This document shows positions 25,655 to 35,409 of a stretch of 39,201 bases of DNA, piece after piece (within the stretch, counting starts at the first letter, position 1; every line of letters starts with the position of its first letter). Origin of the DNA: a virus (lineage: Duplodnaviria > Caudoviricetes). A model generated the notes under the pieces. The model ran no database searches. It saw only the letters and a list, made by a program, of their open reading frames with translations, and was not told the DNA's origin. Position numbers and translations under genes: made by a program. Where the stretch lies: positions 1-39,201 of the IMG/VR virus record IMGVR_UViG_3300033493_000007, one strand, 5' to 3'.

Positions 25655-26667
25655 TAGGAAATCCTCGTGGCTACTACTTCAGTATGCCAGTCGCCGTCCC
25701 ACGAATCTCCAGCGTGCTCCAAGGACTCAACTCGGTAGGTTTGGTTCTTGAATGCCGGCAAGTCGACTACCAGCAATCTCCCGGCATCAATGAGGGGATT
25801 CATCAAGCACTTGATTTTGAGCTGACTAGCCCCTTTCTTCTTGGTGGCTGTAGCAACTTCAGGGTAGCCGACGAGACCTGTATTGGAGTTCAGGATGATG
25901 GCGGGGTTACGACCTGAGGTTGGATGGAGGACGAGCCAAGCCCCTTTGTCGATGGATGCCGTCAATCCCTTTTGAGCCAAGACTTCACGAACGGCTGCAA
26001 CACCGCTACCATGACAGCTAGCCCCACGCGGGAGAATGGGGTCGCCTTGTATCCGTTTGTCTGATTCCATACGGGCTACAGCGTCAGAAACCGCTTGCTG
26101 GATGTTGCCTGGCGCGATATAGCTCTTGACGGTGTCTTGCAAACTGAATACGGTCTTCGACCAGTACGTTGATTTGATGCTGGTTGACACTTGGCATGTT
26201 TGGATGGCGACTTCAGAGTCAGCGGCTTCGATTTCAGTAATCCAGTCGACCTGATCCAACTTCGAATGAGCCTTGCGGACTTGCCCTTGGAAGACAACCC
26301 CATACTGCCCATGGACATATCCGGCTTCGACCTTGATGGATGCCAACTGACTACGGTGGAGTTGATTGCGGGAATTCTCGTTTAGGTTGTAGATCTTGAT
26401 GGACGTCGTGTTAGGCGATTCACTCGTGCCCGCCTGGATACGCATGTTGCAGCGCAAATCCTCTATGACCCATTGCGTCACAGAACCCGAGCGACCTTGC
26501 TGGAGTTGGTAGTCTTCCCACGCAGATGTCCCATCCAACGTCGATTGCTGCGACGAGCCATGGCGGGCTTGCCAAGAAGTCAAAACACTGGCGTACGTCT
26601 CTGGAGGGTTAACGATGCCATAGACACCGGAATTGACCGTGACACGATATTTACGCTGAAATTGCAT
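25654..26667 (-). CDS. Baseplate hub protein
   Basis: PNT..IKIYNL, AGY.....VF.G, TGLVGYP and CLMNP motifs; likely start ATG 26667. Confidence 0.75.
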   Translation of the reverse strand: MQFQRKYRVTVNSGVYGIVNPPETYASVLTSWQARHGSSQQSTLDGTSAWEDYQLQQGRSGSVTQWVIEDLRCNMRIQAGTSESPNTTSIKIYNLNENSRNQLHRSQLASIKVEAGYVHGQYGVVFQGQVRKAHSKLDQVDWITEIEAADSEVAIQTCQVSTSIKSTYWSKTVFSLQDTVKSYIAPGNIQQAVSDAVARMESDKRIQGDPILPRGASCHGSGVAAVREVLAQKGLTASIDKGAWLVLHPTSGRNPAIILNSNTGLVGYPEVATATKKKGASQLKIKCLMNPLIDAGRLLVVDLPAFKNQTYRVESLEHAGDSWDGDWHTEVVATRIS

Positions 26668-26986
26668 TGAGTTCTTCCAGCGTCGTGTAAACGAGAAGAT
26701 GTTGGCTACCAAGGGAAGTCAGTGTCGGTTTCGTCGGAGCACTCAGCCCCATGTCGATGAGTTCCAGGCTGCCTGGCGGCATACGCGGGTCGTAGGACTG
26801 CGACAACCCCAGCGTGAGCCCAGGGAGGACAGGGAATGTAACCAAAGCCACGTTGGACGCATCGCGGAGAGTCAACATCCATGTCTCGGCGTACGAGTTC
26901 CAGTCGAACTGAAAACGCCAAACCGAGTCCTCAAGCGGGACGGTTTCAATGTAGTGTTGCTCGGTGCTTGTTGGAATGGTGACCAT
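26651..26986 (-). CDS. Baseplate/tail protein
   Basis: Position between Dit-like and hub genes; F.WN....W...L.D motif. Confidence 0.65.
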   Translation of the reverse strand: MVTIPTSTEQHYIETVPLEDSVWRFQFDWNSYAETWMLTLRDASNVALVTFPVLPGLTLGLSQSYDPRMPPGSLELIDMGLSAPTKPTLTSLGSQHLLVYTTLEELNAISA

Positions 26987-27537
26987 TACTTGCCTACAAT
27001 CGCATGCCGAATAGTATCGGCGAGTGACATTCGCTTCTTCTCTTCGACCGCTTTATCGGCTGGCAGTGGATCCTTCTGCCCCTTCTCTTGGGTGCATTGC
27101 GCCTTAGGCGGAATTTTGACCTGGATTTTCCGGGTGACGATGTTGCCGACCATAAAGACTTGGGTCAATGTCAACTTGAATTGGATGACGCCGTATTCCT
27201 TCTCCAGGGTTTCGGGAGAAATATCGGAAATCGTTAAATCGCTCCATGATCCGTATGGGGTCGTTACCGTCAACAACTCAAGCGGCGGCGCGGCTTGGAG
27301 GGAGACCAACAAATCGTACAAGTCCTTCGACCTACCCCCGTTGTCTGCGTCCGAGAAGCCGCCGTCGATTTCAATCGTGAACGGCTGGGCGCGGACATGG
27401 TCCGTCTTGTCGGCACCCTTCTCAACTGGGTTGGTCGAGACTTTGGCTTTGTGGTTCGGCTTGAACGATTTGGTGACGTCGATGGTGATGCTGGAGGCGT
27501 CGTAAATCGAAGTGCCCCATGAAATGATGGTAGCCAT
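26986..27537 (-). CDS. Dit-like tail tube initiator
   Basis: S.NPVE.G....DH...P motif directly after the tape measure. Confidence 0.7.
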   Translation of the reverse strand: MATIISWGTSIYDASSITIDVTKSFKPNHKAKVSTNPVEKGADKTDHVRAQPFTIEIDGGFSDADNGGRSKDLYDLLVSLQAAPPLELLTVTTPYGSWSDLTISDISPETLEKEYGVIQFKLTLTQVFMVGNIVTRKIQVKIPPKAQCTQEKGQKDPLPADKAVEEKKRMSLADTIRHAIVGK

Positions 27538-29294
27538 TATGCAGCCTCGTAGCCATACGTTGACAGCGGACCATTGGCATCATTCAAGTGTCCTTGGAAC
27601 ATATCCATCCAGCCCGATTGAGCCTTGGATACGGCGGAGGCGATTTTGGTAGCCAGTCCATTAGCATCAGTGTCCCCATTTGCCGTCACATTGACGGTAA
27701 CCGGGGCGGAGATGGTCGTGGTCTTTGAAGCACCAGGGATTTGGGTTTGGGTGCCAGTTGGCGGGGCACCAAGACCAAAGAGACCTTGTAGCCATCCGTT
27801 GGGGTTGGGTTCCGGCATGACTTGTCCAGCACCACCCGAGAACAAATCCTTGAAGAATCCAGAAACTACCTTGCTGTCCGTATTGAGCAGCCCAGCTCCA
27901 GGGATGAGGGAGTTCCATACGACTTCTTGGGCAGCTCCACCAACAGTCTTCCTGGTTTCGGCTAGGTTGTTGAGGTTGGTCCGGCGAAGGTTGGAGTTCA
28001 TGCCGAGGACCTTTTTGATGCCCTCGAGTGTGCCACCAAGTAGTTCGTGGAAAGTGTATAGCCACGAGTCTTTGCTCAAGGGCTCGTTGACCCAGTCCAT
28101 GAAGTGACCGAGAACTGATTCGCCGCCGGTCAAGTACTGGTAAACATCTTCCAATACAAGGACGAGACCAACAAGGCTGGCTACCACGACGCCAACGGTA
28201 GCGGCGAATCCGGCGAAGGCGGCAGTGAAGACTCCGGTTGCACCAGCCGCGAATTCCGTGACCAGTACTAGGTTGCCAAACCATTTGGCGAGCGAGATAA
28301 CCGGCACCAAGAGCCAGGACAGTGCGGTAGCCAGGTGCGGAGCTAGGATGTTGAGGGCAATGATCGAAATTCCCCACTTCTCAAGCCATCGTAGACCTTG
28401 TTCCCATAACGGCATCTCTTCTGGAGCGTGACCGACAAGACTCGTGAAGTGCTCAATGCCGGCTGCGGTCTTGTCAATGGTCCAACCGAATGCGGCTCCA
28501 AGTTTCATGACCGCGGCTTGGATTTTGGGGTCATCAGCGAACTTTGCCAGGGCTTCGTTGAAGCGGGTGGCTGCAGTCAATCCTTGCCCAGCAAACAAAT
28601 CGGACAAATGCTTGAAGGCGTTCTCGCGGTCCTTCTCTATATCCTTCAATTGGGCAGACGCTTTGATTTGGGCTTCGGTCATCACCCGAGCTTTGCCCAT
28701 CATCTTGGTCATGCCCTCCGAGCCCTCTTTGAACATCTTGATGAGGTCAGTGCCAGCGCCACCGAACAAAGCCTGGAGGCGACCTAGGCGCTCTTCCGGC
28801 GACAATGCATTGGCTTCGTCAGCGACTTCCTTCATGACTTCAATCATCGGGCGCCATTTGCCTGATGGATCCTTGAAGTTGACGCCCCATTGATCAAGGG
28901 TCTTTTGGGCTTTTGCGGAACCCTTATCTACTTGCGACTGAATAGCTGCCAGCGACTTGAACGCCGACTCGATGGAACCGATGGATGTATCGGATTGCTC
29001 GGCTACGTAGTTCAGCCGCTGGACTTCATCCGCCGTCATGCCGAGGGTGGTTGCCAGCTTCTCGAAGCCTTCGCCGCGCTCCGCCGACTCCATGATGGTG
29101 GCGAAGCCCTTCTTGATGCCGCCGATTCCCAGATAGGCTGCAACGGCACCTTTGATGTAGCCACCAAGCTTCTCGAATACCTTGCCGGTCGCATCAGCCG
29201 ACTTGCGGAGCTTGTCGATTTCGCCTTGGGCTTTGTTGAACCCAGACTCTTCCAACTTCGCTTTGATCGGAACCCACAGGTCGGCTAAGTCCAC
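27537..29294 (-). CDS. Tape measure protein
   Basis: 585 aa, helical, Ala-rich with hydrophobic segments; follows the chaperone. Confidence 0.85.
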   Translation of the reverse strand: MDLADLWVPIKAKLEESGFNKAQGEIDKLRKSADATGKVFEKLGGYIKGAVAAYLGIGGIKKGFATIMESAERGEGFEKLATTLGMTADEVQRLNYVAEQSDTSIGSIESAFKSLAAIQSQVDKGSAKAQKTLDQWGVNFKDPSGKWRPMIEVMKEVADEANALSPEERLGRLQALFGGAGTDLIKMFKEGSEGMTKMMGKARVMTEAQIKASAQLKDIEKDRENAFKHLSDLFAGQGLTAATRFNEALAKFADDPKIQAAVMKLGAAFGWTIDKTAAGIEHFTSLVGHAPEEMPLWEQGLRWLEKWGISIIALNILAPHLATALSWLLVPVISLAKWFGNLVLVTEFAAGATGVFTAAFAGFAATVGVVVASLVGLVLVLEDVYQYLTGGESVLGHFMDWVNEPLSKDSWLYTFHELLGGTLEGIKKVLGMNSNLRRTNLNNLAETRKTVGGAAQEVVWNSLIPGAGLLNTDSKVVSGFFKDLFSGGAGQVMPEPNPNGWLQGLFGLGAPPTGTQTQIPGASKTTTISAPVTVNVTANGDTDANGLATKIASAVSKAQSGWMDMFQGHLNDANGPLSTYGYEAA

Positions 29295-29295
29295 T

Positions 29296-29613
29296 TTATG
29301 CTCCCTTCATCTTTCGGTACTGCTCGGCTTCAGCTTTGAGGGACATATCGAGGTGGTAGTTCTCTTCAAGGACTTCAATCAACGTGTACACATCCGGGTC
29401 CGACAAGTCCCTACGGGTGGCTTTGCCGGCATTGATGAGGCGTTGACATTGCCACGGAGTGTAATTGATGGCTAGCGTTTGGGTTACCTCGAGTGACTTC
29501 AGGTAGGCTTCACGCTCTGGGGTGCCGGGGGTGTTTCGGCGTCTACGAGCTTCTGGGCTGTTGTCGACAACGCGCTCGCTAACTCCTTGAGCATCGTTGC
29601 CTTGCTTTCCAAA
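29296..29613 (-). CDS. -1 frameshift extension of the tail assembly chaperone (gpGT-like, ~220-aa fusion)
   Basis: The -1 frame is open from the slippery T TTT TTG (29616-29610) to TAA 29298-29296, 1 nt before the tape measure start. Confidence 0.8.
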   Translation of the reverse strand, partial: FGKQGNDAQGVSERVVDNSPEARRRRNTPGTPEREAYLKSLEVTQTLAINYTPWQCQRLINAGKATRRDLSDPDVYTLIEVLEENYHLDMSLKAEAEQYRKMKGA

Positions 29614-29957
29614 AAAGACCGAACCTCCTCGCTCACATTGACCGTGAGACCGTGGTAGAGAAGGTGAAGAATCTGGTCTGCATTACCAGCGAAAATCTCG
29701 CCTAGGTGCTTCTGGACTTCGTTGTCTTGGCTACCATCTTCGAAATCAACGGTAACCGAATACAAAACCTCTTTAACCAAGTAGTCGACTTCGGCTTCAT
29801 CGAACACCTTCAACACCCGGCTAACTTGTGCAAACGAGGCGATGTCCAATCCGCCAATCTTCGAGGTCAGCCTAGGAAGAAGACGAAGAGCCTTCATTCC
29901 CGACATTGGCTTTACCGTAAAATCACCTACACCCCTGCTTGTGCTGAGCTTGATCAT
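29499..29957 (-). CDS. Tail assembly chaperone (gpG-like)
   Basis: Between tube and tape measure; contains the slippery heptamer. Confidence 0.8.
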   Translation of the reverse strand: MIKLSTSRGVGDFTVKPMSGMKALRLLPRLTSKIGGLDIASFAQVSRVLKVFDEAEVDYLVKEVLYSVTVDFEDGSQDNEVQKHLGEIFAGNADQILHLLYHGLTVNVSEEVRSFLESKATMLKELASALSTTAQKLVDAETPPAPQSVKPT

Positions 29958-29983
29958 GTTCTACCTTTCCTGCGTGAAAACGG

Positions 29984-30427
29984 TTACGGCAACGGTGCTT
30001 CGTAGGGGACGCCAGACGCGCTAAGGAACTCATCGAGGTTACCCGACTCAAGAACCCACTCACGATTGGTCGCTTCACCACTGAATTCAATTGCCGGCAT
30101 CTTAGTTACCCATGCCTTGGCAGCTACGATGTTCGTCCCACCCTCAGGGTCGACGAGGTTGAACGGGATCTGGCTATTACGTGTGGCTCGGTCAAGCCTC
30201 TCGTAAGTCGACAGAGTCGTGTTCAAAGGGGAATCTTGCATCACGGTAAGGGTGACTTTGCCGGAGCGGTTCGCGTTGTATACCCGCATCCAGTGACCAT
30301 CACTACCGACTTCAAGCTTCCAGGTGTCTTCGTTGTATTCGACCTTGACGAACGTGCCCTTGGCGAGTCCAGTTACCGGAACGCCGCCGACCGACATCAT
30401 GATTCTATCTGCAGAGTAAGTTGACAT
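29984..30427 (-). CDS. Tail tube protein (DUF3277-like)
   Basis: G.DG......N.N.SG..T.T..Q.SP.N..L and REW motifs; follows the sheath. Confidence 0.85.
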   Translation of the reverse strand: MSTYSADRIMMSVGGVPVTGLAKGTFVKVEYNEDTWKLEVGSDGHWMRVYNANRSGKVTLTVMQDSPLNTTLSTYERLDRATRNSQIPFNLVDPEGGTNIVAAKAWVTKMPAIEFSGEATNREWVLESGNLDEFLSASGVPYEAPLP

Positions 30428-30484
30428 TCTTGTTTCCTTAAGCGTTTAGGGCTCTGTACAAGCAGCCCCGGATTGGTATTTGGA

Positions 30485-31873
30485 TTACAGCGAAATCGTT
30501 CCGAAGACTTCAACGCGGTGGATGGACGAGCCGTACTTGTACGAGTACTTCACGTTGGCGAGCTTGCGAGCCACGTAATCGGCAGGCGAGATGGCGGAAG
30601 CCTTGGGGGCTGTGCATACGGGAGCGGGGTTCGAAAGCGCGATACCGTCTTGGACATCTTGCTGAACAGAAGCCTGGAGCGAGCCGAGGAACATGCTGAT
30701 ACCACGGTCGTCGAAGATGATCTTGGGGTTGTTCAAACGGATGGCAAGGAGAGCCGCCTTCATACGGGACACGCTGAACGGGACATCGCGGGTCACATCG
30801 AGCCAGTCACCATGGGACGTCTGGGCGCCAAGAGTCACATCCGTACCTTCAACATTGACGAAGACACCACCATGCTTGCCGCTGATACCATCCGAGCCTA
30901 CGACGTTGTTGACTTGGGTCTCAGAAAGGTCATCGGCAGTCACGGACAAGAGTTGGCGGTATTCCCAATCGATTGCGCCCGGCTTGTAAGCCAAGCAGCT
31001 ACCAAGGTATGCCGCCGAACCTTGCTGGCTAAGCCCACGACCGAAGAATCGGACCTGGCACTGAGCGTTGTTGGTCGCCTTGACGGTCGACATGATGTCA
31101 CCGGTACCGGCACCGAGACAATCCGTATCGATGGTCGTGAAGTTACCGATGATGTCCTTGTTAGCGCCGGCTGCCGTCACTACCCAAGCCGCTGCCGCAG
31201 TGATCTCGGAAGCCGAACCAGTCGCCAGCGTAAGCGCGAACCAGTCCTTGTTCTCGGCGCGGATGGCGCTGAGTTCAGTCGCGAGAGTCGTCTGGGTCTG
31301 GGTCTGCATCTGGGTCAGATGATTCAGGTTCGAAGCCGCAACACTGAAGTGGAGACCAGGAGTTGCAGCCTTGCAAATCACCTTGGTGTCATCCTCGGTA
31401 GCGACAATGGCAACAGTTCCAACGACTGCTTGGATGGCTGCCGCGATGCCCTCAACCACGATCTTCAACGTAGGCGTGGGCGATGCTGGGGTTGTGTACG
31501 TTACAGTCGCTGCAACGCCCGTCGGACCGACAAGTTCAACCGAGTACACTCGCCCAACAACACTGAAGTCTACAGGGGCAAGTTCAACCGTCAAGTCGGG
31601 TGCAGTCGTCAACCGACCAATTCCCATGCGGCTGATGGCGGGGTTCTGAGCGAAGATAGCGGAAGCCACCTTGGCTGCGGCGCTGTTGGCACCGATGTCA
31701 CTTGCAACACTCGAAGCGTCCGAGTAGAATCGAACAAGTTCAGTAAAACCAGCGGCAGTCACTTCGGCAGGCGTCAAGTAGACGGCGGCAAGAGGTGTGT
31801 CGTAGTTGGGGACAGTCGGGGTCGTGCTCTGGACTTGAGCTTGGACGCTCACAATACGCGTGGATGAAATCAT
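30485..31873 (-). CDS. Tail sheath protein (DUF3383-like)
   Basis: F.Q.P.....IGR, GDWLDV and KI..DD.GI motifs; probable start ATG 31873 after an AAGGA SD. Confidence 0.85.
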   Translation of the reverse strand: MISSTRIVSVQAQVQSTTPTVPNYDTPLAAVYLTPAEVTAAGFTELVRFYSDASSVASDIGANSAAAKVASAIFAQNPAISRMGIGRLTTAPDLTVELAPVDFSVVGRVYSVELVGPTGVAATVTYTTPASPTPTLKIVVEGIAAAIQAVVGTVAIVATEDDTKVICKAATPGLHFSVAASNLNHLTQMQTQTQTTLATELSAIRAENKDWFALTLATGSASEITAAAAWVVTAAGANKDIIGNFTTIDTDCLGAGTGDIMSTVKATNNAQCQVRFFGRGLSQQGSAAYLGSCLAYKPGAIDWEYRQLLSVTADDLSETQVNNVVGSDGISGKHGGVFVNVEGTDVTLGAQTSHGDWLDVTRDVPFSVSRMKAALLAIRLNNPKIIFDDRGISMFLGSLQASVQQDVQDGIALSNPAPVCTAPKASAISPADYVARKLANVKYSYKYGSSIHRVEVFGTISL

Positions 31874-31912
31874 TTTGAAGTATTCCTTTTGGGGAAGAGG
31901 GTCACATCGACC

Positions 31913-31958
31913 CATGAAGAAGGTATCGGGCTAGTCGCCCATATGGTTTAGGTATCGC
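31913..31958 (-). promoter_or_regulatory. Tandem late-promoter motifs with a 3-codon uORF upstream of the sheath
   Basis: GCGATACCTAAACCATATG-GGC-GAC-TAG followed by CCCGATACCTTCTTCATG. Confidence 0.6.
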
Positions 31959-31966
31959 CTACGACA

Positions 31967-32533
31967 CTAGTCTGGGTTGGGTAAGTCAAGGCTCCAAGTT
32001 GAAGTTGTAACACCACCATCTGAACTCACGGTGCCTTCTACGTGCTCGATGTATGTAGCGTAATCGACATTGGAGACATGCAATCCAAACGTCAATTCAA
32101 CTTGGGCACGGTCTTCGTAGGTCGCCCAACGGATACTTGGCACGGAACGGATTTCTCCGATGTTCCAAAGCCCGGTGTTGACGGCGCAAAGTGCATTGAC
32201 TGCCCGTGGCGAGTGGAGTGATGCATTGAGTCCAGCGAGGGTTTCGTATGCATTTCCACCCTTGACATCGAAGTAGTCCAACATCCAGACCATACGAATC
32301 ATCATCGTGCTTTGGGTTATGACTTCTTGTCCTGGGGTTGGCACGAGGTTATCGGTCTGCGTGAGAACTGGTGTCGAGCCCATAGGAGTTATCGACTTGC
32401 GTTGGACGGCACAAAAGGGAAGTCCAGGCAATGGCGAGCCGTCTTCAAAACCAAAGAAGAGTTTACCAGCCGAAAGCCCGAGAGCGGTTTGGAGGGTGTT
32501 GCAGATTCCGGTTTTCGTCGTAGTCCAAGACAT
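31967..32533 (-). CDS. Tail terminator/neck protein
   Basis: Position before the sheath; YEDRA.V.L.F motif. Confidence 0.65.
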   Translation of the reverse strand: MSWTTTKTGICNTLQTALGLSAGKLFFGFEDGSPLPGLPFCAVQRKSITPMGSTPVLTQTDNLVPTPGQEVITQSTMMIRMVWMLDYFDVKGGNAYETLAGLNASLHSPRAVNALCAVNTGLWNIGEIRSVPSIRWATYEDRAQVELTFGLHVSNVDYATYIEHVEGTVSSDGGVTTSTWSLDLPNPD

Positions 32534-32871
32534 TACTGTGTCACCCCGCGAAGGTATGCGATGCAGAATCCACCTTGAGTCATTCGGTCGCTGACCTTGG
32601 CTACCATGTAGGTCTTGCCATCAACCACCATCATGTCACCCTTAAGGAGCAAGGTAGATGTTTGGAGTTGGAGATCGTATGATGCGAAGTCGCCTTCAGC
32701 CGATTGGTTCAGTTTCTTGGTTACCGGGTGGGCATCGGCTACGATGAGAAACGACGATGGCGTGCCTGCTGCCGTATGAAAGTCGGTGTTGACGGTAGTG
32801 GCGCCAGGGCGTGTAACCGTGATGCTATGGGTGGCGAAGAAAGAAATAGCACTGGAAAAGTCGTATAGCAT
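32533..32871 (-). CDS. Head closure/stopper-like protein
   Basis: Neck region; GD...VDG.TY.V motif. Confidence 0.6.
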   Translation of the reverse strand: MLYDFSSAISFFATHSITVTRPGATTVNTDFHTAAGTPSSFLIVADAHPVTKKLNQSAEGDFASYDLQLQTSTLLLKGDMMVVDGKTYMVAKVSDRMTQGGFCIAYLRGVTQ

Positions 32872-33299
32872 TATGTGGACTCCAGCTTGTGAGTGATGGC
32901 TCCAACAAGTTCACCGGTGTCGATGAGGATTTTATCGGAACCCTTGGCTTGAACTGTTTCAGGCTTGAGGGGCTTCCAGCCGTGTGGCGAGCCTTTGGAG
33001 TCAGTCTTCGTGATGTATTTCTTGACGTAAGCTGCAGCCGCCAGCCCCATACGCCCTAGGACAACATCTGGGTCCTTGCCTTGGATTATGGATTCAGTAG
33101 CCGCAGCGATTTGTTTCTCATTGAGTTCAGCGAATTCGGCTAGCCCAGGAACCAGGAACGGTCGGGCGGGTGTGCGGGCGGTCCCTAGCTCGTGGAACAA
33201 GGCGATTTCAGCGTTCCGTCCATCAGCTACACCGACCATGACTTTCTTGGAAGCCATTCGCTCCAACCGGTCAAGGACATCTTGGAGACTAGGTTTCAC
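32871..33299 (-). CDS. Neck/tail completion protein
   Basis: IA..HE.GT...PARPFL and KGS.K.LIDTG.L motifs. Confidence 0.75.
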   Translation of the reverse strand: MKPSLQDVLDRLERMASKKVMVGVADGRNAEIALFHELGTARTPARPFLVPGLAEFAELNEKQIAAATESIIQGKDPDVVLGRMGLAAAAYVKKYITKTDSKGSPHGWKPLKPETVQAKGSDKILIDTGELVGAITHKLEST

Positions 33300-33667
33300 T
33301 AGAAAACCGTCATCGGGATAATGTTGATGAGCATCAAGTACTTGGCGCCATAGGTAGTCCGGTTCAAATTGGACTCATCGATAGGCGAGGTGCTACTGGG
33401 CTGAGTAAACGAAATCGAATCTTCGCCTACCGTCATGGAAGCCACGCCGAACATCGGGGCTTTGATGGTGGTAGAAGTTCCGAGACCTTCCATCTTGGCA
33501 AGGTGTGCTGCCAAATAGGATCCGGCGGCTACAGCCCTAGCATCAAGCCACGTGAAGTTTACCAGCATCGTAGCCATATCCGCATACACTTGAAGTGTCG
33601 CATCAGGAGTCGTGGTGAACTCCGGGGCGTAAGTACGGATGTTGGCGATAGTGATGACATTAGCCAT
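33299..33667 (-). CDS. Head-tail adaptor (DUF4054-like)
   Basis: PEF, YLAAH, VG..SIS(F) and T.YG..Y motifs. Confidence 0.75.
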   Translation of the reverse strand: MANVITIANIRTYAPEFTTTPDATLQVYADMATMLVNFTWLDARAVAAGSYLAAHLAKMEGLGTSTTIKAPMFGVASMTVGEDSISFTQPSSTSPIDESNLNRTTYGAKYLMLINIIPMTVF

Positions 33668-33679
33668 TTTGGTTCCTTG

Positions 33680-34324
33680 CTAGTTGCTCTCGAAGTGTTC
33701 GGCTAGGCTCGTCTGCGTTCTATTGTGTTCAGCCCAACGCTTCTTGGCTGCTTCCGATAACAAGATACGTGTTTCTGGGGAACGATTAGCTTGAGCCGCC
33801 CTCATTCGAGATCGTGTTTCTGGTGAAATTGCGGGGCGATTCTGAGCTGATTTTGACATTTTAGCTCGATGATCTTCCGAAAGTTTCTTGCCCTTGCGAG
33901 TATTTGATAGCTTAGTTGATTCTGATATCTTAGCTTTATGTTCTACAGAAAACCTCTTTCCTTTATGAGCCTTCGACAACTTAGATCTGATGAAATCAGA
34001 TGGATTAAGTAGCCCCTCCCCTCCATCTGTGGCATTGGTCAGCTTATATCCACAAAGCTTATAATGAGCAATACACCACATTTCCCCATGGTTAAGTTGT
34101 TCGTTGGTGGCGTCATCCTGGAATTCGTGGAGGATTTGAATGGTGGGCTTGAGCCCTTGAGCGAGGAGTGACTTGATCCAATTCACCTTATAGGACTCTT
34201 CCTTGAGCCGCGAAGGACGGAGATGACTCTTAGGTCTCTCCATGCCGGAAGATGATCTTCCGATATACCTGACTTCATGTGTTCGTGGGTCGCACAAGGC
34301 GTAGATGAGTTTCTTTGAGGTCAT
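33680..34324 (-). CDS. GIY-YIG homing endonuclease with NUMOD3 repeats
   Basis: IYAL.DP....VRYIG and LTNATDGGEG motifs; repeated G.K.S.EH..K.S. Confidence 0.9.
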   Translation of the reverse strand: MTSKKLIYALCDPRTHEVRYIGRSSSGMERPKSHLRPSRLKEESYKVNWIKSLLAQGLKPTIQILHEFQDDATNEQLNHGEMWCIAHYKLCGYKLTNATDGGEGLLNPSDFIRSKLSKAHKGKRFSVEHKAKISESTKLSNTRKGKKLSEDHRAKMSKSAQNRPAISPETRSRMRAAQANRSPETRILLSEAAKKRWAEHNRTQTSLAEHFESN

Positions 34325-34351
34325 ATCCGCCTAGTATACCACCAAACGTGC

Positions 34352-34369
34352 CCACCCGTCGAAGGGTGG
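34352..34369 (-). terminator. Hairpin after the capsid gene (CCACCC/GGGTGG), overlapping a putative TCGACG-N17-TATACT promoter of the GIY-YIG gene
   Basis: 6-bp GC-rich stem; no clear U-run. Confidence 0.3.
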
Positions 34370-34434
34370 CGAGGATCCACATCGCACGTAGGGCGAAGGA
34401 CTCACTTAGAGCCCCAAGCCCACTTCGTTATGTC

Positions 34435-35388
34435 TTAGATGCCCGAGCAGCGGCAGGACGATTTGGGGTAGCGGTACGCAACTCCCCCGATGACGCTCTC
34501 GGCAGGACGGTACATCGCGAACCCTTCGTACTGCGCAGGGTGGAGCGTAGGAGCCATCGCCACGAGCCGCTGAACGCACTCCGCCGAAGGATCATATGCA
34601 AACGCCGTGGGCAGTGCGCCCGAAAGACCGGCGAACAGATGGCGCGAGCCTACGACTTCAACGCTCGGCATAGCCTTGTTGAAAGCCTCAAGCACAGTCT
34701 CGCTGGTGCCAGTGTCCATCTTCACGGCTCGGATTGTACGGAGACGTTGCTCGGGGAGCACGAGTCGCTTCGCATCTTCCGCGCCGCCAGTGAACGTATA
34801 CACCTTGTTGACCATGCCCAACATGTCGGCAAGGATCTGGGGACCGCTCTTGTTGAGGAGACCAGTCGCATCATCAACCCAGTACGTGTGACCGGAGACA
34901 GTCGCGGGGGTGAATGTCAACGACTCAGGATGCGTGAACAGACCATACACATTGGTAAGCCCGTCAGCCAGACCAAGTAGCCATGCCTTCTCCGCCTTCT
35001 CATCGAGGGCTCGGCGGGACTTCTCGATCTTCCAAGCCTCAAGGGGAGTCTTGCTGAAAGCCGCTGTACGGAGTTCGCCGAAATCGAACTTCGAACGCTC
35101 ACGGACAGGGAACACGGGAACGGTGGTCTTGCCGATGACGATCTGACCGTCCTCGACCACATCGTTCGCCTTGGCGATACGACCAGAACCCATGCGCTCG
35201 TACATCACGTACGCATACGCCTGAGCGCCTTCGTCAATCTTCAGGGGCTCGATGAGCTTCTCAGCCTCAAGCGACGGAAGGTGGTAGCCATAAAACTTGG
35301 GATCGAGAGCGGTGACTTGCTCTGCGAGGAACTCGGACTGCACGGCATCAACCGACTTGCCGAGGACTTCAGTGAAATTAGTAGCCAT
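34435..35388 (-). CDS. Major capsid protein (DUF2184-like, HK97 fold)
   Basis: YGL.THP, I.AD, GGV...YP motifs and terminal GI; AAGGA SD before ATG 35388. Confidence 0.85.
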   Translation of the reverse strand: MATNFTEVLGKSVDAVQSEFLAEQVTALDPKFYGYHLPSLEAEKLIEPLKIDEGAQAYAYVMYERMGSGRIAKANDVVEDGQIVIGKTTVPVFPVRERSKFDFGELRTAAFSKTPLEAWKIEKSRRALDEKAEKAWLLGLADGLTNVYGLFTHPESLTFTPATVSGHTYWVDDATGLLNKSGPQILADMLGMVNKVYTFTGGAEDAKRLVLPEQRLRTIRAVKMDTGTSETVLEAFNKAMPSVEVVGSRHLFAGLSGALPTAFAYDPSAECVQRLVAMAPTLHPAQYEGFAMYRPAESVIGGVAYRYPKSSCRCSGI

Positions 35389-35409
35389 TGTAGTGTTTTC
35401 CTTTGTCAA

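Noticed and set aside
30428-30484. Further late promoter between sheath and tube (AAATACCAAT)
   Set aside because: Lacks the CGA prefix; the tube gene has an ordinary SD; too degenerate to call
30473-31867. 464-aa plus-strand ORF and similar antisense ORFs
   Set aside because: Shadows of well-supported minus-strand structural genes; no motifs
33680-34434. Group I intron in the capsid gene carrying the GIY-YIG
   Set aside because: The capsid ends with a typical C-terminus (...GI stop) and the adaptor starts independently; flanks are too short for an intron core
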